Counted from the stretch's first letter, positions 11,271 to 21,183 are shown. The stretch: DNA of 64,000 bases from an uncultured delta proteobacterium (GCA_963727445.1 CAVSGI010000015.1:224001-288000); one strand, 5' to 3'. Notes: a model not told the origin generated them from the sequence alone. Made by a program: numbers and translations.

Positions 11271-12075
11271 AGACGTTCAACCTCCCCTCGCGGACGAAAC
11301 CACAGAGGGTCAGCCCGACGCTCCGCGCTACGTCGACCGCGAGCGACGTGGGCGCCGAGACGGCGGCGACCACCCCGATCCCAGCCACCGCCGCTTTCTG
11401 GGCGATCTCGAAGCTCACCCGACCCGAGACGACGAGGATCCGCGCCTCTGTGAGGATCCCCTCGCGCAGGAGCGTGCCAACCACCTTGTCCACGGCGTTG
11501 TGACGCCCGACGTCCTCGGCGAAAGCCAGGGTCTCGCCCTGTGCCGAGAGCGCCGCCGCGGCATGAACACCACCGGTGCGCGCGAAGTTCACCTGCTCCT
11601 CTCGCAGGCGCTCGGTGCAGCGCTGGAGCGTCTCCACCGCGATCCGCTCGCCCGCTTCGAGCTTGCCGATGCGCGCAAGCAGATCGTCCACGGTCACCCT
11701 CCCGCAGACGCCGCAGGCCGCCGTGGTCAGCGTGCCGCGCCGGCTGGTGGCCAGGCGGTCGGGATCGAGGGCGACACCGGGTCCGGGCAGGACGTCGATG
11801 GTGTTGCCGTAGCCTTCGTCCCCGGGCTTTCCGCAGTGGGAGATGCGCCCCACGTCCGACACGCTCTGGACGATCCCCTCGGCGAAGAGGAAACCCAGGG
11901 CGAGGTCGGCGTCCTGCCCCGGGGTTCGCATGGTCACGGCGAGGGCGTCGCCCGCGACCCGGATCTCGAGGGGCTCCTCCACCACCAGCTCGTCCGGCGA
12001 CTCCCCCCCCACGACGCCGTCGGCGCTGACGAGGTGCACGCCTCGATGAACGATGCCGCGTCGCCGTTGATCCAC
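11236..12075 (-). CDS. fdhD: Formate dehydrogenase accessory sulfurtransferase FdhD
   Basis: EEPLEI, TMRTPG, ACGVCG, TGGVHAAA, EDVGRHNAVDKVVG, SGRVSFEI and VSAPTSLAV motifs. Confidence 0.95.
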   Translation of the reverse strand: MDQRRRGIVHRGVHLVSADGVVGGESPDELVVEEPLEIRVAGDALAVTMRTPGQDADLALGFLFAEGIVQSVSDVGRISHCGKPGDEGYGNTIDVLPGPGVALDPDRLATSRRGTLTTAACGVCGRVTVDDLLARIGKLEAGERIAVETLQRCTERLREEQVNFARTGGVHAAAALSAQGETLAFAEDVGRHNAVDKVVGTLLREGILTEARILVVSGRVSFEIAQKAAVAGIGVVAAVSAPTSLAVDVARSVGLTLCGFVREGRLNVYAHPERLDDAD

Positions 12076-12185
12076 GCCTCGATCCTAGGGCACCGCGGGG
12101 GTCGCGACCATTCGTCCGCCACAATTTGGATCCACGGGGCGCCGCCTCCCTACCATTTCAATCGAGCAGTCGACGGGAGGCACGA

Positions 12186-12611
12186 GTGAGCAGAGTCGTC
12201 CACAGCAATCGCCAGCATAGTCGCCACGATGTCCGAACCCCATGCGTGGTGACGACCCAGGACAACCTCACCCTCCTCGGCGACGAGACGATGGATCTCT
12301 CCTGGGATGGGGCCAGGATCCGCTGTCACGTCCCCGCCCGCCTCGGCGATCGGGTCCGGGTGAGGCTGCAGATCCCGAAGTCCACCGTCTGGGTCGATGC
12401 CGAGGGCTACGTCGCCCGGGTGTCGCCCGGCCGGCGCCGCGGGGACGACCCGCCCTCCCTCGGCCTCAAGCTCGACAAGATGGACGGGATGATGCGGCTG
12501 CTCCTCGCCACCACCATCCGCCACCGGCCGTCCCCCGAGCCCAGCCACCGGGGCCCGCGACGCGACTACGCCGAAGCCGTGCGCCGCATCCACCTGAGCC
12601 ACGCGGTCTAG
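12186..12611 (+). CDS. PilZ-domain protein (c-di-GMP receptor candidate)
   Basis: RxxxR (RQHSR) and DxSxxG (DLSWDG) motifs. GTG 12186 follows a GGGAGG RBS. Confidence 0.8.
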   Translation: MSRVVHSNRQHSRHDVRTPCVVTTQDNLTLLGDETMDLSWDGARIRCHVPARLGDRVRVRLQIPKSTVWVDAEGYVARVSPGRRRGDDPPSLGLKLDKMDGMMRLLLATTIRHRPSPEPSHRGPRRDYAEAVRRIHLSHAV

Positions 12612-12612
12612 A

Positions 12613-14094
12613 CTAGGGCGGCGCGCTCGCGGGCAGGAGCACGGTCATGGTCGTGCCCTTGCCTTTGACGGAGTGCACCGAGATCGCGCCGCGATGGGCC
12701 GCGACGATGCCCAGGACGACGGCGAGCCCGAGACCGTGGCCCGAGGTCTTGGTGGAGTAGAAGGGATCGAAGATGCGCAGGCGCTCTTCGGGAGAGAGGC
12801 CGCCCGCGTCGTCGGTGACCTCGATGCGAACGTAATGGCCGGGGCTCGGTGGCTCCGGGAGGTAGTCCGAAAGGGGCGACTCCACGTCGGTCGTCCCCGT
12901 CGAGACGCGCACGTGCCCTCGCCCCTCACCGAACGCATCCGCGGCGTTGTTGACGAGGTTCATGATGACCTGTCCCAGCTGCGAGCGATGCACCATGGCG
13001 GCGGGCAGATCCTCCCCCAGCTCCAGGATGAGCTCGACGTTCCCTTTGGATGCCGCACGGGTGACCGGCATGAGCTCCTCGAGCGCGGGGTTGACCTGGC
13101 ACGGCTCGACCGGCACCACTTCACGGCCGGCGTAGGTCAGCATCTGCTCGCAGAGATCCGCCGCGCGTCGCGAGGCAGCGCTGATCGTGTCCAGGAAGGA
13201 GCCGACGTCTCCATCGTCCTTCACCTCCTGACGGACCAGCGCCGTGCCGTTCATGATCGCCGCCAAGAGGTTGTTGAAGTCGTGGGCGATCCCCCGCGCC
13301 ATGATCCCCAGGCTCTCCACCCGGCGCTTGGTGGCGAGCTGCGTCGTCAGGCGCGTCCGCTCGGTCACGTCGAGGGTGCAGGCGAGCACCTGCTTCACCT
13401 CGCCGTCGTGGATCAGGGGCGCAAATCGCGTGAACCAATACTGCTCGCTCACGCCTTGGAACTCGAATTCCACGACCTTCTGGGTAGCGACGACCTCCTC
13501 GAAGGCGGAGGTCAGGACGCTCCTGTGCTCCTCCATCAGCCATTGAAGCGCCGGTCTTCCGATGACGTCGTTGTCGATGTCCCTGCCCGGTCGACCGCGG
13601 TTGATGTAACGGATGGTCATGTCCGCATCGAGGACGGCGATGATCAGGGGCGCGTTGACGAGGATCGCTTCGATGCGCTGCTTGGTCATCGACAGGTTGT
13701 CCGACGTGAACTTCCAGAGCTGGCTGGTCCCGCCGTCCTGGTCGGTGACGTCGCGCGCCATGATCTGGATGGTGGAGACCTCTCCGCGGTCGTCGAAGGC
13801 GGGCGTGTAGACGGTGTCGAACTGACGCTCCTCGTCGTCGAAGGTCACCGAGGTGACGAAGTGCTGCGGGGAGCGGTGGGTCAGCGTCTGTTGAATGCGG
13901 CCGCGAACCGCGGCAGGGCTTCCCGGAAAGTGGTCGTAGAGCGACTTTCCGACGGCTTCCCCCGCGTCGAGGCCGAGGCTCTGCGCAGCCCTCGCGTTCA
14001 AGAACGCGAGCGTCCCGTCGGGTGTGACGCTGATCACGACCACGTCCAAGCTGTCGAGGACGCCCTTCAGGTAATGCGCGGTCCAATCCGCCAC
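12613..14094 (-). CDS. Cytoplasmic PAS-PAS histidine kinase (no receiver domain)
   Basis: H-box GIAHDFNNLL, N-box QVIMNLVNNA, FDPFYSTK and GHGLGL; two PAS/PAC segments. Start is uncertain; GTG 14094 chosen. Confidence 0.9.
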   Translation of the reverse strand: MADWTAHYLKGVLDSLDVVVISVTPDGTLAFLNARAAQSLGLDAGEAVGKSLYDHFPGSPAAVRGRIQQTLTHRSPQHFVTSVTFDDEERQFDTVYTPAFDDRGEVSTIQIMARDVTDQDGGTSQLWKFTSDNLSMTKQRIEAILVNAPLIIAVLDADMTIRYINRGRPGRDIDNDVIGRPALQWLMEEHRSVLTSAFEEVVATQKVVEFEFQGVSEQYWFTRFAPLIHDGEVKQVLACTLDVTERTRLTTQLATKRRVESLGIMARGIAHDFNNLLAAIMNGTALVRQEVKDDGDVGSFLDTISAASRRAADLCEQMLTYAGREVVPVEPCQVNPALEELMPVTRAASKGNVELILELGEDLPAAMVHRSQLGQVIMNLVNNAADAFGEGRGHVRVSTGTTDVESPLSDYLPEPPSPGHYVRIEVTDDAGGLSPEERLRIFDPFYSTKTSGHGLGLAVVLGIVAAHRGAISVHSVKGKGTTMTVLLPASAPP

Positions 14095-14257
14095 GACCAG
14101 AGGGTAGTAGAGCCGCCCCGAACAGGCCCCTCGAAAGGCGCCAGTGATCCAGATCACAAAGCGCGTGGATAGACGGCTGGCTGCGGGTCTCGTCGAAAAT
14201 TCGTTCTGCTCTTCGCGTACTTTTGAACGAGTATCGTCAAATGGATGCGGTGGGGCT

Positions 14258-15934
14258 TTGACCGAGCAAGCAGAGGCGTTGGCCATGCTCCCGGAGATGA
14301 ACCCGGGTCCGGTCTTTCGCCTGGCCCGCGACGGCGCCATCGAGCTCGCGAACCGCGCGGCGCGTGTGCTCTACGAGATGGAGGACATGGTCGGGCACAG
14401 CTGGTTCGAGCTCTGTCCGCGACTCGAGAAGGCGGCGTGGGCGCGCGTCCTCGAGGGTGTCGGCAACGTTCAGTGCAACGCGACGGTTCGAGACCGTACC
14501 TATCTCTTCATCCTCGCGCACCGGCCCGGCAGCGCGCACGTCTTCGTCTACGGCAGCGACGTCAGCGAGCTCGAGGCGACGCGGGCCGAGCTCGCCGAGC
14601 GCGCGCAGTTCCCCGAGATGAATCCGGGGCCCGTCTGTCGCCTCGACACAGAGGGAAAGATCCTGCGCGCCAACCGGGCGACCCGAGAGATCCTCGGGCT
14701 CGAGTCGGTGCGCGGCGAGTGCTGGCTCGAACTCGTGCCGGAGATCGATTACCCGTTCTTCGAGCGCGTGCTTCAGGGCCGACGCGCGATGGCCCTCGAG
14801 GCACGACTCGCGGGTCGTGATTACGTGTTCACGCACGTCCGCGCGCCGAGCGGCCGCGAAGTCTTCGTGTACGGGGCCGACGTCACCGATCAGAAGGCGG
14901 CCGAGCGCGCGATCCTCCAGACCGAGAAGATGGCGACCCTCGGCACCCTGGCGGCAGGGGTGGCCCACGAGCTCAACAACCCTGCTGCCGCCGCCCAGCG
15001 AGCGGCCGAGCACATGCGCGCGGACTTCACCCGCCTGCAGGAGGTGGAGCTGGAGCTCGACGGCCTCGACTTCGACGATGAAGCACGGGCAACTCTCGCG
15101 ACGTTCCACGAGCGCGCGCGACAGCAGGGCGGCTCCACCTGCGACCTCGACGGCCTCGAGCGCAGCGATCGAGAGGACGAGATCGAGGGTTGGCTCGACG
15201 ACCACGACATCGACGAGCCATGGGACCGCGCGCCACAGCTCGCCGAGCAGAACTTCTCCGTGGACGACCTCGACGAGCTCGCCGCCGGCGTGAAGGAGGC
15301 GCACCTGCGGCTCGTGCTCGAGTGGCTCATCCACCTCTGTTCCGTCTATCGGCTGCTCGAAGAGATTCGCCACGGCGCGGGGCGCGTGTCGGAGATCGTC
15401 GGCGCGCTGAAGTCGTATTCGTATCTGGGTCAGGCGCCGATTCAGGACATCGACCTGAACCAAGGGCTTCGCCAGACACTCATCATCATGCGGAGCAAGC
15501 TCAAGAAAGGCGTCTCGGTGGTGCAGGAGCTCGCGGAGGACCTGCCGCGCATCCACGCCTACGGCAGCGAGCTCAACCAGGTGTGGACCAACCTGATCGA
15601 CAACGCGGTCGGCGCGATGGGCGGCGAGGGCAAGCTCGTCCTCCGGAGTCGGCGCGACGGTGATGGATGGGTCGTCGTCGAGGTCGAGGACGACGGGCCG
15701 GGCATCCCGCCCGAGATCGTCAAACGCATCTTCGATCCCTTCTTCACGACCAAGGCCCCAGGCGAGGGAACCGGGCTGGGCCTGCACACCTGCCACTCGA
15801 TCATCACGAAGAAGCACGGCGGGAGCATCGACGTGACGTCCAAACCGGGCTGCACGCGCTTCGTCGTGCGGCTGCCGATCGAGAGCGCGAAGAGCGAGAG
15901 CGAGAGCGAGAGCGAGAAGGGGAAGAACCGATGA
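14258..15934 (+). CDS. Histidine kinase with two duplicated PAS-like units and a helical insertion after the H-box
   Basis: PEMNPGPV occurs twice; AGVAHELNNP, ELNQVWTNLIDNA, DDGPGI and FFTTKAPGEGTGLGL. Start is TTG 14258 or ATG 14285. Confidence 0.9.
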   Translation: MTEQAEALAMLPEMNPGPVFRLARDGAIELANRAARVLYEMEDMVGHSWFELCPRLEKAAWARVLEGVGNVQCNATVRDRTYLFILAHRPGSAHVFVYGSDVSELEATRAELAERAQFPEMNPGPVCRLDTEGKILRANRATREILGLESVRGECWLELVPEIDYPFFERVLQGRRAMALEARLAGRDYVFTHVRAPSGREVFVYGADVTDQKAAERAILQTEKMATLGTLAAGVAHELNNPAAAAQRAAEHMRADFTRLQEVELELDGLDFDDEARATLATFHERARQQGGSTCDLDGLERSDREDEIEGWLDDHDIDEPWDRAPQLAEQNFSVDDLDELAAGVKEAHLRLVLEWLIHLCSVYRLLEEIRHGAGRVSEIVGALKSYSYLGQAPIQDIDLNQGLRQTLIIMRSKLKKGVSVVQELAEDLPRIHAYGSELNQVWTNLIDNAVGAMGGEGKLVLRSRRDGDGWVVVEVEDDGPGIPPEIVKRIFDPFFTTKAPGEGTGLGLHTCHSIITKKHGGSIDVTSKPGCTRFVVRLPIESAKSESESESEKGKNR

Positions 15935-17595
15935 GCACCAAGCCTGTGATCCTGGCGGTGGACGACGAGCCCGAAGTGCTGAACGCCATCGGTCGCGATC
16001 TGCGCAAGCGCTATGCGGAGAAGTACCGCATCGTGAAGGTGGGCTCCGGACAGGCGGCGCTCGACACGCTGCACAAGCTCAAGGAGCGCAACGCCCCGGT
16101 GGCGCTCTTCGTCTCCGACGAGCGGATGCCGCAGATGAGCGGCACCGAGATGCTCGCGGAGGCGATCAAGCTCTACCCCGAGGCGCGCAAGGTGCTGCTC
16201 ACCGCCTATGCCGACACGACGGCGGCCATCGCTGGGATCAACTCGGTGGGCCTCGACCAGTACCTGATGAAGCCGTGGGACCCGCCCGACGAGCGGCTCT
16301 ACCCGTTGATCGACGATCTCCTCGACGACTGGGACGCCGGCTACCGGCCTCCCTTTCAGGGGATCCGCGTGGCGGGGATGGCCTGGTCCCCCACGACCCA
16401 CGCCGTGAAGGACTTCCTCTCGCGCAATCAGATCCCTTACGAGTGGGTCGACGTCGACCAGGACGCGCCGATGCGCGAGATGGTCGAGAGCCTGTCGCCG
16501 GGTGCCAAGAAGACGCCGGTGGTCTTCTTCCCGGAGGGCGAGCCGATGCTGGAGCCGGATCCCGGTGCGCTCGCCGAGCGCCTCGGCATGCAGCGGCAGG
16601 CGTCTCAGCCCTTCTACGATCTGGTAGTGGTGGGCGGCGGCCCGAGCGGGTTGGCCGCCGGGGTCTACGGCGCGTCCGAGGGCCTTCGCACCCTGCTCGT
16701 CGAAGGCGACGTGACCGGCGGACAGGCGGGAACCAGCTCGGCCATCGAGAACTACCTCGGCTTCCCCAAGGGCGTCTCCGGCGCGGACCTGGCGAGGCGA
16801 GCGACGGCTCAGGCGAAGCGCTTCGGCGTCGAGCTGGTCTCACCGCGCACCGTCGACCGGGTGGAGGCGGGCTTTCCCTATCACACGGTCTTCCTCGACG
16901 ACGGCTCCGAGGTGAGCTGCTACTCGCTGATCCTCGCCACCGGCATGCGCGTCCGGAAGCTCGAGGTTCCCGGCGTCTCTGATTTCACCGGCGCGGGGAT
17001 CTACTATGGCGCTGCGCTCAGCGAAGCGGCGCAATGCAAGGGCTACCACGTCTGCATCGTCGGGGCCGCCAACTCGGCCGGTCAGGCGACGATGCTCTTC
17101 TCGCGCTACGCGCGGAAGGTCACGATGCTGGTGCGTGGCGACTCTCTGACCAAGTCCATGTCGCAGTACCTCGTGGACCGAATCGAACAGACGCCGAACA
17201 TCGAGGTGCTGACCCACACCCACGTCACCAAGGCTTCGGGCGACAAGCGTCTGACGAGCCTCACCCTCGCCACCGGACCCGACGAGACCACCCGCGAGCT
17301 CGAGACCGACGCCATGTTCATCTTCATCGGCTCCCGACCGCGCTCCGATCTGGTCGAGAACATCGTGCAGGTCGACGAGGAGGGATACATCCTGTCCGGC
17401 CCGGACCTCCTGCGGGCGGGCAAGCGGCCCAAGGGGTGGAAGGCCGAGCGCGATCCCTTCCTGCTCGAGACCAGCATCCCGGGGATCTTCGCGGCCGGCG
17501 ACGTACGCCACGGCTCCACCAAGCGCGTCGCCTCGGCGGTGGGCGAGGGCTCCTCCGCCGTCGGCATCGTGCACCGCTACCTCGCCACCGTCTGA
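15931..17595 (+). CDS. Receiver domain + glutaredoxin-like domain + thioredoxin-reductase-like FAD/NAD(P)H oxidoreductase fusion
   Basis: REC: AVDDE, SDERMP, LTAY, KPW. Reductase: GGGPSG, GGQAGTSSAIENYLGFP, LATG, GAANSAGQ, AAGDVR...AVGEG. ATGA overlap with the kinase. Confidence 0.9.
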   Translation: MSTKPVILAVDDEPEVLNAIGRDLRKRYAEKYRIVKVGSGQAALDTLHKLKERNAPVALFVSDERMPQMSGTEMLAEAIKLYPEARKVLLTAYADTTAAIAGINSVGLDQYLMKPWDPPDERLYPLIDDLLDDWDAGYRPPFQGIRVAGMAWSPTTHAVKDFLSRNQIPYEWVDVDQDAPMREMVESLSPGAKKTPVVFFPEGEPMLEPDPGALAERLGMQRQASQPFYDLVVVGGGPSGLAAGVYGASEGLRTLLVEGDVTGGQAGTSSAIENYLGFPKGVSGADLARRATAQAKRFGVELVSPRTVDRVEAGFPYHTVFLDDGSEVSCYSLILATGMRVRKLEVPGVSDFTGAGIYYGAALSEAAQCKGYHVCIVGAANSAGQATMLFSRYARKVTMLVRGDSLTKSMSQYLVDRIEQTPNIEVLTHTHVTKASGDKRLTSLTLATGPDETTRELETDAMFIFIGSRPRSDLVENIVQVDEEGYILSGPDLLRAGKRPKGWKAERDPFLLETSIPGIFAAGDVRHGSTKRVASAVGEGSSAVGIVHRYLATV

Positions 17596-17628
17596 CCGCC
17601 GCGCGCTCGAAGCAGGCCGCGCGAAACC

Positions 17629-19155
17629 TCACTCGATCGGCAGGGCGTGTAGCTCCGTCGATCCGGTCTCGTCCGCCTGCGTCTGGTAGTAGATCCGTTC
17701 ACCCGCCACGCGGAAATCCGCCGCGCTCTCCACGATCGCGGTGATGGCGCCGCTGGCGGCGTCCACGCGGTCGAGACGAGACGCGCTGTAGGTCGGGTCG
17801 TAGCTCTGGAGGAAGAGCGTATCGCCCACGGTGTCGACGCGGCCGAGGTTACGACCCGTGATGGTGCCGAGGATGGTGCCGTCCGGTGCATAGAGGCGCA
17901 CGTCGCGCTGGTAGACGATGTCGTCGGGGACGCGGAAGACCCCTTCGAGGAGGGCCACGCCCGCCCCCGTGACGAATCGGGTGTTCACGTCCCCTTGCCC
18001 TTCGAAGAGGGTCGTCGCGTGCTGGCGGGCCACGTCGTAGAGGAGCGTCTTCGAGCAGGAACCGGTCTCACAAGCGGTCCGGAAGTCCATGGCGAAGAAC
18101 GCCCCGCCGGGCGCGACCTGCAGGTTGGGCCGCGAAGTGCTCTCGGCCTCGTCCACGAAGATCGCCGGGCTGCGGAGGCCCGTGACCGGCTCGAAGACGA
18201 AGAGCTCGTGACCGGTCTCGCTCCACGTGACCAGCTGCCGGTCGGCGAGGAGCCCCTGGTTCACCAGCCCTTCGTAAGCGAAGAACTGGTAGTCCTGACT
18301 CAGCACCCAGAGGTATTCGCCGGTGTTCATCACCATCACGTGTCCGCCAGGGATGGCCACCGCATCGAAGCGCGCTTGGGCGCCGGAGACGGATCCGAGC
18401 ACCTCGCCGTCGGTGAGGCGAGTGAGCGTCGCCCAGTCTCGATTGACGCCCCACGAGCGCTGGAGGTGAACCACGACCTCGCCGTCGGAGGAGAGCTGGA
18501 GGAGATCGTTGCGGCCGCTGTCGGGGAAGGTGGTCGTCCCGTCGCTGTAGAGGATCTCGCCCAGGAGCAGGTCGTCCTCGTCGCGCAGGTCGAGTCGATG
18601 GAGATGCCCGTCCGTGTCCTGATAGAGCATGACCGGGGCGTGCGGCGCGGAGGCCGGGCAGCTCACGACGTCTTCCGCGAGGGCGCGCACCGTGCCGTCG
18701 TCGTCGAGGATCCGCACCTCGCCCTCGCCGCAGCCGATGGTGAAGGTGTGCGGCGGGTCCGCGTCATCGCGGAGGAACTGGATGGCGCCGAAGCCTTCGA
18801 AGAGGTCGTGGGTCTGACCGGTGTCGGTGTCGTAGACCTGACCGGTCGCGCCGCTCATCGCCAGACGGTCCCCGCTCGGCGAAAAGCCAACGGGCTGGCC
18901 GACCAACACGGAGGGATCGCGGCCGGGGCTCACCAGGTTCATGGTCGACACCCCAGCGTTGAAGCTCTGGTAGACCAGGTCCCCGCAAGGGCCGACGGTG
19001 CGAAGGTTGATCTGACCCTGGGCGACCAGAATGCCGTCGGTGAGGGGATCGGCCCCACAGCGCAGCGGCACGGGCTGTGGGATGGATCCCAGGGGCTCGG
19101 AGGAGCAGCCGGCGAGGGCCAGGACGAGGAGCAGAGCGCTCCGTGTCGCGCGCAT
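17629..19155 (-). CDS. Lipoprotein, probable beta-propeller (TolB/WD40-like repeats)
   Basis: Lipobox LAGC; FSPSGDRLA, LSSDGEVV and VAPGGAFF blade-like motifs. Confidence 0.65.
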   Translation of the reverse strand: MRATRSALLLVLALAGCSSEPLGSIPQPVPLRCGADPLTDGILVAQGQINLRTVGPCGDLVYQSFNAGVSTMNLVSPGRDPSVLVGQPVGFSPSGDRLAMSGATGQVYDTDTGQTHDLFEGFGAIQFLRDDADPPHTFTIGCGEGEVRILDDDGTVRALAEDVVSCPASAPHAPVMLYQDTDGHLHRLDLRDEDDLLLGEILYSDGTTTFPDSGRNDLLQLSSDGEVVVHLQRSWGVNRDWATLTRLTDGEVLGSVSGAQARFDAVAIPGGHVMVMNTGEYLWVLSQDYQFFAYEGLVNQGLLADRQLVTWSETGHELFVFEPVTGLRSPAIFVDEAESTSRPNLQVAPGGAFFAMDFRTACETGSCSKTLLYDVARQHATTLFEGQGDVNTRFVTGAGVALLEGVFRVPDDIVYQRDVRLYAPDGTILGTITGRNLGRVDTVGDTLFLQSYDPTYSASRLDRVDAASGAITAIVESAADFRVAGERIYYQTQADETGSTELHALPIE

Positions 19156-19205
19156 GGCGGCCCAGGAAGCGAGAAGTGGGCCAGCCGAGATCACGAACGA
19201 ATCGC

Positions 19206-19221
19206 GGCCCCTCTCGTGCCA
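19206..19221 (-). promoter_or_regulatory. Weak sigma-54-like promoter candidate
   Basis: TGGCACGAGAGGGGC (GG-N10-GC), with a perfect -24 and a poor -12, about 50 bp upstream of 19155. Confidence 0.3.
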
Positions 19222-19304
19222 CTCCGTGTCAGAAGCCCGCTTCCGCACCCCTCGGCCTGTGCCCGAAGCGCCCCCTCCGCAGCGCGATCGACAAAGGGCG
19301 CGGC

Positions 19305-21182
19305 ATGCGCAACTGTGCGCCCGTGCGGCTCCTCTCGATCGCCCTCGCCTCGGGATTGCCCCTCGCGTGTTTCGTCGCCACCGCCGCCCCCTTCGGATAC
19401 TGGCACGACGCGGGCGAGTTCGTCGCTCAGGCGACGAGCTTCGGGATCGCACACCCTCCCGGCCACCCGGTCGCGGGCGTCATCGGCGGCGCCGCGGCGC
19501 TGTTGCCCTTCGGACCCATCGCGCTGCGCGTCGCCCTCGCGAGCGCGATCCTCGCCGCGGTCGCCGCAGCTTTCCTCTACCTGGCGATCGAGCGAAGCGT
19601 TCGCGCCCAGGGCGTGCGCTCGGCGAGCATCTACGTGCCCCTCTCCCTCGGCGCCACCTGGTTGGTGGTCGGCTCCGCAGGCTTCTGGCTCCAAGCCGTC
19701 CGCCCAGAGGTCTACGCGCTTCAGGCGGCGCTGTCCGCGATCGTGCTCGAGCGGGTGATCGCCTTCGAGACGTCCGCGGGTCACGCGCTAGGCACGCCTG
19801 TCGATTCCCGTCCGCTCTACGCGGCCTCTCTCGCCCTCGGCCTCTCGCTCGCCAACCACCACTTCCTCGGCTTGCTGCTCTTGCCCGCCCTCGCCCCGAC
19901 CCTCGCGCGCGTGGTGCGCACGCGCGGGCTCCGGCCGGCCGGCAAGATCGCGCTCTTCGGCCTGCTGGGCCTCGCGGCTTACGTCTATCTTCCGGTGCGC
20001 GCCGACGCGGGCGCCGCACTGAACCTCGGCGACCCAAACGACTTCGGGCGCTTCTTCTGGGTCGTGAGCGCTCAGGCCTTTCAGGGCTCCTCCGCCATCA
20101 CGCCCCAGCCCCTGGGCTATCGCTTCGCCGACGTCCTGGTGCAGCTGGTCGACAACATGCATCCGGTGCCGCTGCTCATGGCGGCGGGCGGCGCCTACGC
20201 CCTCTTTCGACAGGCGCGTCTGAGGCGTATCGCCTTCATCTGGACCGCGGTCTTCGTCATCTTCTGCGCCGCGCGGGCCTGGCTCGGCTTCATCCGCGAA
20301 AACCCCGACGCCCTCGGCTATCTGCTCCCCGCCTTCGGCGCGGTGGGGGCGCTCGCGGCGTGCTTCGTCGGCCAGGTGCTCGTCTCTTTCGGGCGCGCCG
20401 GTCGAGAGCCGCCCCGGCGCACGGCGGTCGTCGCTGCGCTCGTGCTCGCGGTCCTCGGGCTGCTTCAGCTCCGTGAGAGCGAGCCCCGCGCCAGCCTCGC
20501 CCGCTTCGCCGGCACCGACGCCTTCGAGGAGATCGGCCGGCGCACCCTGCCCGCCCGCTCGGTGGTCTTCGCCTTCAATCCGCAGACGGTCTTTCGCATG
20601 TGGGGCGCCGAGGCGATGGAGGAGATGCGTCCGGACGTGACCGTGGTGGCGATGCCCTTCTTGACCTACCCGAGCTTCGTGAACGACCTGGCCGAGAAGA
20701 GCCCCGAGCTCGAAAACATCCTGCGGGGCCGGGTCCTTTCGGGGAGCTTGTCGGAGGGCGAGCTCCAGAGCCTCGCCGCGCGCCGGCCCGTGCTGGTGGA
20801 GCTCGACCCGCGGGTGGATCCGAGCCTCTACCGCACCCTCGTCCCCTTCAACCTCTTCCATCAGGTGCTGCCAGACCGCGCCTATCCAGACGACCGCCTG
20901 GCGGGGGCGCGGCGCGCCGCCGACGATTGGGACCACCTGATGGTCTCCCTCGGAAGCGACGCCGAGGAGCGAGAGACCCGCCGCCAGCTCGTCTGGAGCC
21001 TCTACCACCAGGCCCTCTACTTCGCCGCCACCGGCCAGTGGGACCGCGCTCACAAAGCCATCGGCGCCGCCACCACCATGAACCCCCTCGCCGAAGAGCT
21101 CCTCCGCCTCCGCGACGCCGTCGACGCCGCCGACCCGGACTCCCAAGGCATCGACGTCACCCCCTACTTCCCCCACCCCTAA
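19305..21182 (+). CDS. DUF2723/TMEM260-like GT-C-type membrane glycosyltransferase
   Basis: DAGEF...GIAHPPGHP, QAVRPEVYAL, ANHH, YVYLPVR and NLGDP motifs; many TM segments. Start is approximate. Confidence 0.82.
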   Translation: MRNCAPVRLLSIALASGLPLACFVATAAPFGYWHDAGEFVAQATSFGIAHPPGHPVAGVIGGAAALLPFGPIALRVALASAILAAVAAAFLYLAIERSVRAQGVRSASIYVPLSLGATWLVVGSAGFWLQAVRPEVYALQAALSAIVLERVIAFETSAGHALGTPVDSRPLYAASLALGLSLANHHFLGLLLLPALAPTLARVVRTRGLRPAGKIALFGLLGLAAYVYLPVRADAGAALNLGDPNDFGRFFWVVSAQAFQGSSAITPQPLGYRFADVLVQLVDNMHPVPLLMAAGGAYALFRQARLRRIAFIWTAVFVIFCAARAWLGFIRENPDALGYLLPAFGAVGALAACFVGQVLVSFGRAGREPPRRTAVVAALVLAVLGLLQLRESEPRASLARFAGTDAFEEIGRRTLPARSVVFAFNPQTVFRMWGAEAMEEMRPDVTVVAMPFLTYPSFVNDLAEKSPELENILRGRVLSGSLSEGELQSLAARRPVLVELDPRVDPSLYRTLVPFNLFHQVLPDRAYPDDRLAGARRAADDWDHLMVSLGSDAEERETRRQLVWSLYHQALYFAATGQWDRAHKAIGAATTMNPLAEELLRLRDAVDAADPDSQGIDVTPYFPHP

Positions 21183-21183
21183 C

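Noticed and set aside
10671..12075. Formate dehydrogenase operon
   Set aside because: Only the maturation genes fdhD and mobA are present; there is no catalytic molybdoenzyme subunit in the window.
14222..14241. FNR/CRP box
   Set aside because: The TTGA...TCAA spacing is 10 nt rather than 6.
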